From Candidatus Hermodarchaeota archaeon (GTDB taxonomy: Archaea; Asgardarchaeota; Thorarchaeia; Thorarchaeales; Thorarchaeaceae): DNA of 20,596 bases. This document shows, one piece after another, positions 6,710 through 15,173 of this stretch. Where the stretch lies: contig JBHLLF010000010.1 of the NCBI GenBank assembly GCA_048885865.1, positions 62,915-83,510 of the forward strand, in the 5' to 3' direction. The notes beneath the pieces are model-generated. The model was given only the letters and a program-made list of their open reading frames with translations, had not been told where the DNA came from and made no database searches. Numbering within the stretch: the stretch's first letter is position 1; each line of letters opens with the position of its first letter. Made by a program: the position numbers and the translations under genes.

Positions 6710-8917
6710 TCAATTTACACCTCCAAAATCTTGCTTCCTGCTTCCTGCAAGTCTTGTTTCTAATCCTTCCATCAACCTCTGCGAAACGGCCATTGGCTGT
6801 TTCAAACCCCCCACCTCTGCAACGGCTGCTATAGCGTAGAGCAACCAATGGGCGGCTTCCAGAAGCCCATAAGCATCGCCCAGATGAAATCCTGAACTAC
6901 GGGCCAACTCCTCAAGAGGAATGTCTGTCGTGGCTGCAGCAGCGACAAGATGTTCGAAAGATTCCTCAAGTGAAGTCCCCGATTCGATTGAAACCAGATG
7001 CTTCAAGAGCCATAGCAGTGCTGTGCTCTCCTCGACTCTTGGAAGTACCGCTAATAGCTCACGAATTGTTGGAATGCTGAGATAAAGCCGGTTTGCAATC
7101 CTACCCATTCGTGTAGGCTTCAGCTTTCCATCTATTCCGCCCTCGATTAAGCCCAGCCTGATGAGAAGCTCACTTGGACTTAGCTCGCTCAGCGCGACTG
7201 GAATTACATAATCTGCAAGGCTGCCTAGCTCTCTTGCTGCATACAGTCCTAAAGCAACCAAGTGAGAACATAGAACTCCATGTTGATCAATAGGTCTAGA
7301 GCATGAGCACTGCGGACCCTCCACTACACCATCAGCAGAAAGACGAGCCGAATACCTACAGGTATAGTGTCCTTCCTCCCATGCTGCTACGATGCCACCA
7401 ATAACACTATCATTTGTCTCCCTAAGGCTAATGCTCCCTAGAAGTCCCAGACGAGCTGGACGCACAGTGTCTGACAAGGCATGCTTCTCGATTGCAGATT
7501 CCGCGCTTATTTCACCCAATTGAATAACTCGCATAGGAGACCTCGTATCTCTTATTCCAGTAAATACCAGGTAGGAATCACCTAGAAAGCCGTCTGCGAT
7601 GTCTTCCAAGGTTGCTTCATCCAAAGCATCTAGTGCAACAAGCAGTTGCTCAGGCAGTGTCAACGATTCACCGAGTTTGCTAACCACACGATCATACTTT
7701 GGAAAGAGGATTTTTGTTGACGACTCATTATTCAATGACGAATCAAAGTATCTCTTTTCTACATCTTCAGCTTCTCCGGAGCTTCCAACTAGAATAATCC
7801 CAAACCCAGCCGTATCATAGCCAGGCCGACCAGCTCGACCTAGCATTTGATGAACAGAGTTGGCAGGAAGCATTTCTCGGTGATTTCCTGGAGACCGCAC
7901 ATTAGTAAGAACAACCGTCCTCGCAGGGAGATCCATTCCTGCCGCGAGTGTTGTAGTCGCGCAAATCACTCGAACTTTTCCGCGGAGAAATAGCTCCTCA
8001 ACAAGCCGCCGAGCCCGATTTCCTAGACCTGCATGATGATAAGCTGTGCCATCATGAAGAAGGGTTCTGAGTTCGGGGGGTATAGTGACATTCCAATTCT
8101 CAACTGACTCGAGCTCTGTGTCGAGATCTTCTTTTTCATTTCTAGTGAAATGTCGTCCAACATCCCCTGAAAGACGTATAGCCTGCGATTCAGCCTCGCG
8201 TCTTGTCCGATGAAAGACAATTGCCTGGCCATCACCTTGGACTGTCGTCATAACCAGTTGGCGAAGAACTCGCTCCTTGTGTTTTGAAGAGATAACACGA
8301 TAGACTAAGGGCACAGGACGTTCTTCTGATTCAACAAGAGTACAGCCGAGCCACTCAGCCAGCTCATCTGGTGAGCCAACTGTTGCTGAAAGCCCAATCA
8401 ACTGAAAACTGTCAACCATTCGCTTGAACCTGATTATGATAGATTCTAGGCGGGCACCCCTTCCAGAATCAGAAATTGTCTGAATCTCATCTATGACTAA
8501 GGAGCCGATAGAATTTAGCCAGGTAGTCTTTCTTCTCAGCAAAGAATCCGCCTTTTCGTATGTTGTCACAATGACATCATACTCCGAAAGACTCTCACCA
8601 TCATTCGAAAAATCCCCTGTACTCACACCAATTCGTAGGCCCAGAGGCTCATACCTATCTATCAGAATTCCAGACACCTGCACAGCGAGTGCCTTCAGAG
8701 GGACTAGATAGATTCCCTTCTTTCCAGTAAGTGCCGCTCTTAGGAGAGCCATCTCACCTACCAATGTCTTGCCAGAGCCAGTTGGACTGCAGACCAAAAT
8801 GCTTGCGCCATCCAGAAGGCCACGTTCGATCGAAGTTTTCTGAATCCCTCTCGGTTTAAGCCCCAGCTGATGGAGAAGCCTATGCACTTGTTCCTGAACA
8901 TCTGCTACAACCGTCAT
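6710..8917 (-). CDS. Ski2-like/Hel308-family SF2 helicase with inserted SWIM zinc finger, lacking the C-terminal HhH domain
   Basis: Q motif PRGIQ, I SPTGSGKT, Ia VPLKALA, Ib TTYEKAD, II IDEIQ, III LSAT, IV VFHRTRREAE, HHAGL, V ATTTLAAGMDLPA, VI QMLGRAGRPG. SWIM CSC-x10-CSH. Winged-helix-like LKPTRMGRIANRLYL. ATGA overlap with the upstream gene. Confidence 0.92.
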   Translation of the reverse strand: MTVVADVQEQVHRLLHQLGLKPRGIQKTSIERGLLDGASILVCSPTGSGKTLVGEMALLRAALTGKKGIYLVPLKALAVQVSGILIDRYEPLGLRIGVSTGDFSNDGESLSEYDVIVTTYEKADSLLRRKTTWLNSIGSLVIDEIQTISDSGRGARLESIIIRFKRMVDSFQLIGLSATVGSPDELAEWLGCTLVESEERPVPLVYRVISSKHKERVLRQLVMTTVQGDGQAIVFHRTRREAESQAIRLSGDVGRHFTRNEKEDLDTELESVENWNVTIPPELRTLLHDGTAYHHAGLGNRARRLVEELFLRGKVRVICATTTLAAGMDLPARTVVLTNVRSPGNHREMLPANSVHQMLGRAGRPGYDTAGFGIILVGSSGEAEDVEKRYFDSSLNNESSTKILFPKYDRVVSKLGESLTLPEQLLVALDALDEATLEDIADGFLGDSYLVFTGIRDTRSPMRVIQLGEISAESAIEKHALSDTVRPARLGLLGSISLRETNDSVIGGIVAAWEEGHYTCRYSARLSADGVVEGPQCSCSRPIDQHGVLCSHLVALGLYAARELGSLADYVIPVALSELSPSELLIRLGLIEGGIDGKLKPTRMGRIANRLYLSIPTIRELLAVLPRVEESTALLWLLKHLVSIESGTSLEESFEHLVAAAATTDIPLEELARSSGFHLGDAYGLLEAAHWLLYAIAAVAEVGGLKQPMAVSQRLMEGLETRLAGSRKQDFGGVN

Positions 8918-11271
8918 CTTTCTGATTCATCCCTCTGTGTCACTTGATGAAGAGCCATGCTGCCCTTCATGGTGATTCTGTAATTTGTGTACGAAACCGC
9001 CCCATGGACCTCATGACCCCTAAGTATCATACCTGATTTTTCCAGCCTAGCAAGCACACCACTGATGTCGGGATCCTCATTCACATCTCCTGAAAGGAGA
9101 AATTTCCTCATTGCCTCCTCTGTCAGTGGTTCATACCTTTCAAGCAGTCGAAGCATCTTGATAGCTGTAGTTTTCTGTCCTCCAGCGACTCGATCAATCA
9201 GTGAATCGCTAAAGGCCACTCCTTCAGTGGGAAACTCCTGAGGAATGAAATCAGAAATGCGTTTCTCCATCTCCTCAGGATGGAGCATAGTAAGATGGGC
9301 CGCTTCATCCAGCATAACTGGCATGCATGTTTCGCCCTGGTTTCGGACCAACAGTACTACTCCGTCAGGCATAACTCTCAGGTAAGATGTTTCTCTGGAT
9401 GATTGACGCGCCTTGCTATGCATGCCCGACGAAACAACACTGATGCCAAGCAATTCCACGGCTGTCTTAATGTCTGGACTCTCGCGAAGTCGATGAGTGA
9501 TGCATGAGCTCAATCTGCCAATGGCACCAGGCGACATATCCACTGGATGATCCAGCGTGACAATCGTGGGACCTCTTTGTAACATATCCCGAAGCATCAT
9601 CTCACTCCAAGAGTCCCTCTTCATATATCGCCGGTTTCGAATCCTCATGTTCTCCGCATTCTCAAGTATGACAACGAGATTCTGGTCCTGTTGGAGTCCT
9701 GAAAGCTTGATGCACACAAGATCGAAAGCGAATTTCTCCATTGGCAAATATCCTTGGGATAAAATCAATACGCTCAGATTAGCCTGCGACAGATCGCGCA
9801 TGGCAATTGTCTGAGAACCATAGAAGGAACGTGCCGCAGTTCCTTGGTGTAGAGACCTTATTGCCTCATAACCTGAAACACTTCTATCAGATGGCTTTCG
9901 CTCGTTCTGCGCTGCTGCCTCTGAGTATGTATCCATGACATCTGGTGTCTGGGTTAGTTGAACGTCAGCCACAGTTGTGTTGCCTAACGCAATGGCACGA
10001 TTGATTGCAAGTTCAAGATCAGTTGCACCGCGAAGGTCAGTCCCCGCAATTACCTCTAGAGCAGTCATCAATTTGGACACATAGATATGTCTTGGAAGCC
10101 CCTCTGCATCCATAGGATTTAGTACTAGATCTTTGCCAAGCTCAAATGATACTGCACCTTCAGAAAGAGATGCGAAATTCTTTGCATCTCGTTCATTGCT
10201 CGCGATAATGACCCGTTTTCCATGTGAAAGAAGCTGTTTAACAATGAGAGTGAGTGTATGCCTTCTTTCTTCCAAAGTCCCTCCGCAGACTAATAGTCCA
10301 GATTGAATATCCTCATGTGATAGCCCAGCAGCAGGTCCAGGCCGAAGGGTTTCGGGATTTATCACGCGGCCAATGCAATAATCTCCTGCTCTGGGCTTTA
10401 TGGGTGCAAGGAACTCACCTGGAACATTTGATCCAATCTCAGATGCAAGCTCACTAGGAATCTGTATCAACCACTCTGAGAGTTCGGTTCCTGCGGCATA
10501 GAATAGTGGAAGCCGAGGTGCCATGTTCATCGCCCGCATATTCGAAGCTAAAGATTCGGGCTTTGCTTTTGACCAGTTTCCATCCGGAACTGCTGCCTTA
10601 ATCGATGATTCGAATTTTTGAACCTGATCGATATCCTGTGAGTGCCCCAAAATCGAAACTCGGACGGACCAAAGGCCTCCGCGCCTGGTCATATATGCAT
10701 CCAATCCACCGCTTGAAAGATAGTTCAAGTAGCCATCCAATCGGGATGATAGACGCTCTTCCTCCACGATGGATGAGGATTCTTCTGGCCTTACTATCAC
10801 TGATAAACAGAATCCCTTTGAGCTATCGATGGCTCTAACGAGTGCACTCACATTCCCGACTAATAGAGGGCTAGCCCATGGCAGCTCCAATCCTATCACA
10901 TTGCGATTGCCAGATGGCGTTTTACACTGAACGACATTGTGTTCTCCATTCACTTCGATAGATATATCGCTCTCAGGAACACGAATCCATTCTGATTCTT
11001 CTAGGGAGTGAACCTCTTGTGAGGTCCTCAGTTTGGGTACTAATATCGTTACAAGAAGACTACCGAGGGAAACCAGAGCAAGACTCCATGGCAGTGCCGC
11101 AAGAATGACTGCTACAGTGATTGCTGTGATTGCATCACGGCCGTGAGAAGGTTTCACTCTACGGTCATCCCATTGAAGATCAATCCCACCACTCACAGTC
11201 ATGGTGGGCTGAGATATCTCCTTCAGTGGATCAACCTCGGGCTCAGTACCGAGAATCAGACGCTTACCCAA
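8914..11271 (-). CDS. Membrane-anchored HerA/VirB4(CedB)-like P-loop protein with degenerate Walker motifs and C-terminal winged helix
   Basis: Start TTG 11271 after AGGAGG (8-nt spacer). N-terminal TM hairpin AITAITVAVILAALPWSLALVSLGSLLVTILV. HerA-like order of motifs: YCIGRVI..., LLVCGGTLEERRHT (Walker A position), LVLNPMD, LVVILENAEN (Walker B position), TLDHPVDM, CITHRL, MPDGVVLL. wHTH VLARLEKSGMI...YRITMKG. Confidence 0.72.
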   Translation of the reverse strand: MGKRLILGTEPEVDPLKEISQPTMTVSGGIDLQWDDRRVKPSHGRDAITAITVAVILAALPWSLALVSLGSLLVTILVPKLRTSQEVHSLEESEWIRVPESDISIEVNGEHNVVQCKTPSGNRNVIGLELPWASPLLVGNVSALVRAIDSSKGFCLSVIVRPEESSSIVEEERLSSRLDGYLNYLSSGGLDAYMTRRGGLWSVRVSILGHSQDIDQVQKFESSIKAAVPDGNWSKAKPESLASNMRAMNMAPRLPLFYAAGTELSEWLIQIPSELASEIGSNVPGEFLAPIKPRAGDYCIGRVINPETLRPGPAAGLSHEDIQSGLLVCGGTLEERRHTLTLIVKQLLSHGKRVIIASNERDAKNFASLSEGAVSFELGKDLVLNPMDAEGLPRHIYVSKLMTALEVIAGTDLRGATDLELAINRAIALGNTTVADVQLTQTPDVMDTYSEAAAQNERKPSDRSVSGYEAIRSLHQGTAARSFYGSQTIAMRDLSQANLSVLILSQGYLPMEKFAFDLVCIKLSGLQQDQNLVVILENAENMRIRNRRYMKRDSWSEMMLRDMLQRGPTIVTLDHPVDMSPGAIGRLSSCITHRLRESPDIKTAVELLGISVVSSGMHSKARQSSRETSYLRVMPDGVVLLVRNQGETCMPVMLDEAAHLTMLHPEEMEKRISDFIPQEFPTEGVAFSDSLIDRVAGGQKTTAIKMLRLLERYEPLTEEAMRKFLLSGDVNEDPDISGVLARLEKSGMILRGHEVHGAVSYTNYRITMKGSMALHQVTQRDESER

Positions 11272-11566
11272 CTGAAGTTCCTCCTGCTGTTGAAATTGAT
11301 TTAATCTGGCGTCGCAGCATCTCAAGCACGCGCTGCAACCTCTCCGCGTAGACGGCATCTGATCCTGACACGAGGAGCAAATTCTCTCCAACAAGAAGAA
11401 TCTCTGGCATGTTTCCAAGATCTGATGATCCATGAGCAACGAGTGTCGGGCATTTTGTCAGCACCAGCCAATTATAGCCATGGCCCACCTCAAGTGAATG
11501 CATCACTGCTTCGTGTGTCACGCCAAATGGAAGCTCGATGGCTATCCTATCACCTGATTTGAGCAT
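11264..11566 (-). CDS. Small hypothetical protein (about 100 aa)
   Basis: ATG 11566 follows GGAGGTG. Fills the gap between two operon genes and overlaps both; its 3' end carries the SD of the next gene. Confidence 0.7.
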   Translation of the reverse strand: MLKSGDRIAIELPFGVTHEAVMHSLEVGHGYNWLVLTKCPTLVAHGSSDLGNMPEILLVGENLLLVSGSDAVYAERLQRVLEMLRRQIKSISTAGGTSVG

Positions 11567-12149
11567 ATGGCTCAACACCTCCTGAGGTCACCATCAGCAA
11601 ATCGTCCAACCCTGCTAGATCAATAGGCATGTGAGGATAGGCAGCTCTCATTGAACTCTCAAGGACTGTCGCGTCAGCAACAATTTCATCTGCGATCGAA
11701 GATGCCTTCTTTATCCCATCTAGGAACCGAATGCCCCTTCTCGCAACAAGCATCCCCGCACGGGTGATACCATCTCCTGCGGGTCTGCAGATAAAGAACC
11801 GAACCTCTCCATTCTTCTTCCCATCATATCGCGCATGAAGAGCTCGGAGCACTTTAGATGCTGAATGGCTAAGGTCCAGACCGATAGGTACACTTGTCAT
11901 CAATCGTCCTGCTATGACCTCCAGTGTAAATGGCCAAAGAATGGCAAGGACGCCTCGCTGATCATCCCAAACAATGAGAGGTGGCTGATAGTTCCTCCAA
12001 CTCAGAACCACGAATCCTACAGATATTATGGTGACTAAAGACAGAAGAACTTCCAGATTTCCCCAATACATCCAGATTCCCAGAACAGCACCAAGTATCA
12101 ATGTGCTGAGGCCAATCCATCTAATCTCCCATCGCTCATACCATGCCAA
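11550..12149 (-). CDS. Membrane protein (2 N-terminal TM helices) whose soluble domain resembles the N-terminal domain of the downstream HerA/VirB4-like protein
   Basis: TTG 12149 after GGAGG (9-nt spacer). TM segments WIGLSTLILGAVLGIWMYW and VLLSLVTIISVGFVVLSW. Motif VLESSMRAAYP. Confidence 0.78.
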   Translation of the reverse strand: MAWYERWEIRWIGLSTLILGAVLGIWMYWGNLEVLLSLVTIISVGFVVLSWRNYQPPLIVWDDQRGVLAILWPFTLEVIAGRLMTSVPIGLDLSHSASKVLRALHARYDGKKNGEVRFFICRPAGDGITRAGMLVARRGIRFLDGIKKASSIADEIVADATVLESSMRAAYPHMPIDLAGLDDLLMVTSGGVEPYAQIR

Positions 12150-12150
12150 G

Positions 12151-14106
12151 TCAACTTCCCTCCCTTAATGCTATGAACTGTGAAATAGCTGTCTTCAGCT
12201 CAGCAACATCCCCAAAGGGCCAGATATCAGCTACCATGTCATCGCCGAACACCCGGACATGCTTGAGAAAACGCTTGTCTAAAAGTACGACAATACCCCA
12301 GTCCTCAGGCGCTCTTCTTAGTCTTCCAAGAACTTGGGCAACCTGACGAATAGATGGGACTAGCGCTCCGTAATAGTAACCGGCTCCTTCTCCGAAGCGA
12401 GTGTCATAGAACTCCTGCAATGCCCTTTGGTAGCTCGTAGGAGGGGAGAATGGAATCCCGACTCCAATAATCAGATCTATCATACTAGAGCCGCCTTTCA
12501 CCAGGTCAATCCCCTCTGAGAATTTCCCTCCGAAAACACAGAAGATGGCGTGAGGGCCAATTTCCAAAGCTTCTGCGACAGTTTCAATGCGGTCACCTCT
12601 CTCTTCGATCAGTATTCCGCGATATCCAGAGTCAATGCCGTAGCTTAAGACCTCATGAAGGATCTTGTAACTTGGAAACGCAATGAGCGCACTCTTATTT
12701 GCGGGAACTGTTGTGAGTACTATTTTTATTCTCTCAGCTAGTGCACGCCAGAGATCAGGGCTTCTTGCCTGGTACTTTGTTGTAAGCTCCCTGTCAATGA
12801 GCACTAGTCTTGTCGACCGTGGATAAGGACTTGCCAAGTCCTCTGTTATTGCACCTCCAACTCCCAATAACCTTGCATAATGGTCTAGGGGTCTCAGGGT
12901 TCCAGACATCAGCAGCGCAGACTTTGCACCCCTGAGGACAGGCGCAGTTAGACCGGATGCGTTTAGTGGGCGAATCATTAGTGTAGCTTTCGAAGCGGTC
13001 AATGCTTCATCCCAAGACCGTTTCACGTTGAGTGTCACATGCCATCCTTCACTTCTGGTGGATAGGTTGGCAACAAAGAGGAACTCAACAAGCCTGTCGA
13101 GGGGAGTTTCCATTGAAACAGCCTCCTCGGGATCACCAATACTAGGGCTAGTAGTTTCATGCATGAGTCGCAAATCAGACTCCTTGATGAATCTAGGAGC
13201 CACATCCCATTTAGCGAGTGTACGCTCTGATCTCCTGTTCATCCCATCAAGATTGAGCATCATCGTTTCATGGAGAAAGTCCACTGCCTCTCCAATCCAG
13301 TCTATTCGGGTCTCCTTGACAATCTCTGCTTTGTGGTCTCTTAGCCATCGGAGGTCTTCACCATTCAGCCTGGCTGTTTCCGAGTCGAGCGCATGGTCTG
13401 ACAGATTGTGGGCTTCATCAACAAGTAGGTCCGCATCATGGAGTGAAATTCCCAATGATGTAAGAAGAGCCTCCCGTACCCGTGACCTAAACATATAGCT
13501 ATATGGTCCAATAATGACCTTGCTCTCTCTCGCACACCAGCGCATCACTTCATATGGGCACACACCTTCGGCACTGCAGAGGTCTTCCACTCTTTCACGT
13601 GTCACAACACCAGTGCTTAGCAATTCCTCAACGCGTTCTCGAACCCACTCTCTGATGACACTTCGACCATCGCTGGAGTTCTTTCGATAGACATTGTGAT
13701 AGTACGTACACTGCCCTGTCTTGATCATCGACGCGCAGGCTCGCATAAAGCCTGTAGAGGTGTCGGAGTCAATCTCGCTTCTAATTGGACACATATGGAT
13801 CCTCGACACCATCGTTGTGGCTGTAAGTTCAGGCATCATTGCCCTCAGAACGTCAAGTTCAATCTCGAACACTCTTGACTGACTGTGAGTTCTTGTCAGC
13901 ACGATCAACCTTGAGCTCGAATCACTACCTCTTGCAGCAAGATATCCTGAAAGGACAGCCACAGTTTTACCGACCCCGCAATCGGCAGAGAGCAATCCCA
14001 CTGTCTGTGACGAAAAGACCTCAGCAGCAAACCGCACAGCCTTGTCCTGATGCAGTCTAGGTGTATAAGGAAACCATGCGAGAGGGTCAGTGATAGCAGT
14101 ACTCAA
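12151..14106 (-). CDS. XPD/Rad3/DinG-family Fe-S cluster 5'-3' DNA helicase
   Basis: Q motif YTPRLHQ, I ADCGVGKT, Ia LTRTHSQ. Four Fe-S cysteines (SRIHMCP, RACA, GQCTYY, GVCPYE). II LVDEAHNL, III MSGTL, AFPSY, GGKFSEGIDL, VGIPF, VI QVLGRLRRAPEDWG...LLDKRF. TTG start with GGAGG, TTGA overlap. Confidence 0.95.
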   Translation of the reverse strand: MSTAITDPLAWFPYTPRLHQDKAVRFAAEVFSSQTVGLLSADCGVGKTVAVLSGYLAARGSDSSSRLIVLTRTHSQSRVFEIELDVLRAMMPELTATTMVSRIHMCPIRSEIDSDTSTGFMRACASMIKTGQCTYYHNVYRKNSSDGRSVIREWVRERVEELLSTGVVTRERVEDLCSAEGVCPYEVMRWCARESKVIIGPYSYMFRSRVREALLTSLGISLHDADLLVDEAHNLSDHALDSETARLNGEDLRWLRDHKAEIVKETRIDWIGEAVDFLHETMMLNLDGMNRRSERTLAKWDVAPRFIKESDLRLMHETTSPSIGDPEEAVSMETPLDRLVEFLFVANLSTRSEGWHVTLNVKRSWDEALTASKATLMIRPLNASGLTAPVLRGAKSALLMSGTLRPLDHYARLLGVGGAITEDLASPYPRSTRLVLIDRELTTKYQARSPDLWRALAERIKIVLTTVPANKSALIAFPSYKILHEVLSYGIDSGYRGILIEERGDRIETVAEALEIGPHAIFCVFGGKFSEGIDLVKGGSSMIDLIIGVGIPFSPPTSYQRALQEFYDTRFGEGAGYYYGALVPSIRQVAQVLGRLRRAPEDWGIVVLLDKRFLKHVRVFGDDMVADIWPFGDVAELKTAISQFIALREGS

Positions 14107-14729
14107 TAATCAGCCTCCAGATGTAGACAGGACTCACTCGTGTGGATTCTGAACCGTAGAGAGAAGTACTTCTGCAGAAGCTGATGGAACTGCCACATCA
14201 ATGAAGGCGATTTGTATCCTATTTCCTTGTTTGCCATTCGCTCCACAATCTCTGGACTGAACCCTTTCTGGCGAGCTATCTTCCAGAACCAAGCTTCAAC
14301 CTCTCGCTTAGTGGAGTACATGTGACTAACTGAGCTTTCAATTAGGTCAGTGAGAGATTGCACTGCCTCCTTTGGTTTGCTGGGCACCTGTGATACTCTC
14401 ACTCCTGTTGGTAGATAGACGGCAATTCCCTCAGTGCTGTCTAGATGTATCTCATGAGGGACTCCCTTTGTCCCTCTTAATGTTTCAAGGAGAGAAAGTA
14501 GTCTCGGAAGTTGCGGCAGCGCAGGTTTACTGAGGTCAGGACTTCTCCATTCGACTCTAGTGACGACATAGATCTCAGGATCTGGACCTGCACATTTCTG
14601 CAGGACTGTCACTCGATGTGACGTTTCCCTCATGAGAAGATTCACGAGATTGATCATTGTGTTATTTGCGACAGTTGGTGGGGCTCGCGGGACCCAGACG
14701 TAGTTGCTCTCGGATTCGATACCCGCCAA
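14103..14729 (-). CDS. Hypothetical soluble protein (208 aa)
   Basis: TTG start immediately after the upstream TAG, with GGAGG 8 nt upstream; its stop overlaps the XPD start. No motif recognised. Confidence 0.72.
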   Translation of the reverse strand: MAGIESESNYVWVPRAPPTVANNTMINLVNLLMRETSHRVTVLQKCAGPDPEIYVVTRVEWRSPDLSKPALPQLPRLLSLLETLRGTKGVPHEIHLDSTEGIAVYLPTGVRVSQVPSKPKEAVQSLTDLIESSVSHMYSTKREVEAWFWKIARQKGFSPEIVERMANKEIGYKSPSLMWQFHQLLQKYFSLRFRIHTSESCLHLEADY

Positions 14730-15173
14730 CTACCACGCCTCCATTGGAATGGTGACTAGCACACCGTTCTTGATTACCTCGCCCTCTGAAACGAGGGAGT
14801 CAAGGAAGGTCATTGCACGAGAGATATCGATGCCTGCATCGCTGCATTCTCTCATGACATCTTCAATCGAAACTGGTCGCCCTCTGTTGAGGTCAACTAG
14901 CGCTTCGACGATATAATAGACACGCCTCTTAATGCCCAAGCCCCTCCCTCCGCCCCGAGGTTTGGCATTCTGGCGCGATTCTAGCACAAGCTCACGGACA
15001 CTCGCTTGGGCTTCTTGAATTGTAACTGCATAGATTGTTCCAGGTGCATGAAGAATCAGACTCCTGCATAGGCTGCATCTTGACTCCTCTTGCTCATTCT
15101 CGACAGCTGTGTATCCTATGTTGGTGCAACTGGGGCACTGGTAAACTCTGAACATCCCTCGTTCTGAGGTCAC
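14730..15173 (-). CDS. Zn-ribbon (CxxC...CxxC) plus C-terminal winged-helix protein (DUF1922/DUF5817-like architecture)
   Basis: YQCPSC...SRCSLC, a Gly/basic linker (KPRGGGRGLGIKRR), and wHTH-like IVEALVDLNRGRPVSIEDVMRECSDAGIDISRAMTFLDSLVSEGEV. GTGA overlap with the radA stop. The family name is from recall only. Confidence 0.78.
   Translation of the reverse strand: MTSERGMFRVYQCPSCTNIGYTAVENEQEESRCSLCRSLILHAPGTIYAVTIQEAQASVRELVLESRQNAKPRGGGRGLGIKRRVYYIVEALVDLNRGRPVSIEDVMRECSDAGIDISRAMTFLDSLVSEGEVIKNGVLVTIPMEAW

Noticed and set aside
8914-11271. Calling this gene herA, cedB or virB4
   Set aside because: Walker motifs are degenerate and orthology cannot be shown by eye; only fold-level similarity is claimed.
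11272-11439. Cys-rich N-terminal extension (CSSC, CSAC, CC) of the 841-aa ORF resembling a zinc finger
   Set aside because: It lies entirely inside the upstream 100-aa gene in another frame; a strong SD plus TTG at 11271 gives a better start.
11500-11566. Faint similarity of SGDRIAIELPFGVTHEAV (100-aa protein) to VSDHIALLPPESRENV (4-TM protein soluble domain)
   Set aside because: Too short and weak to distinguish from chance without profile comparison.
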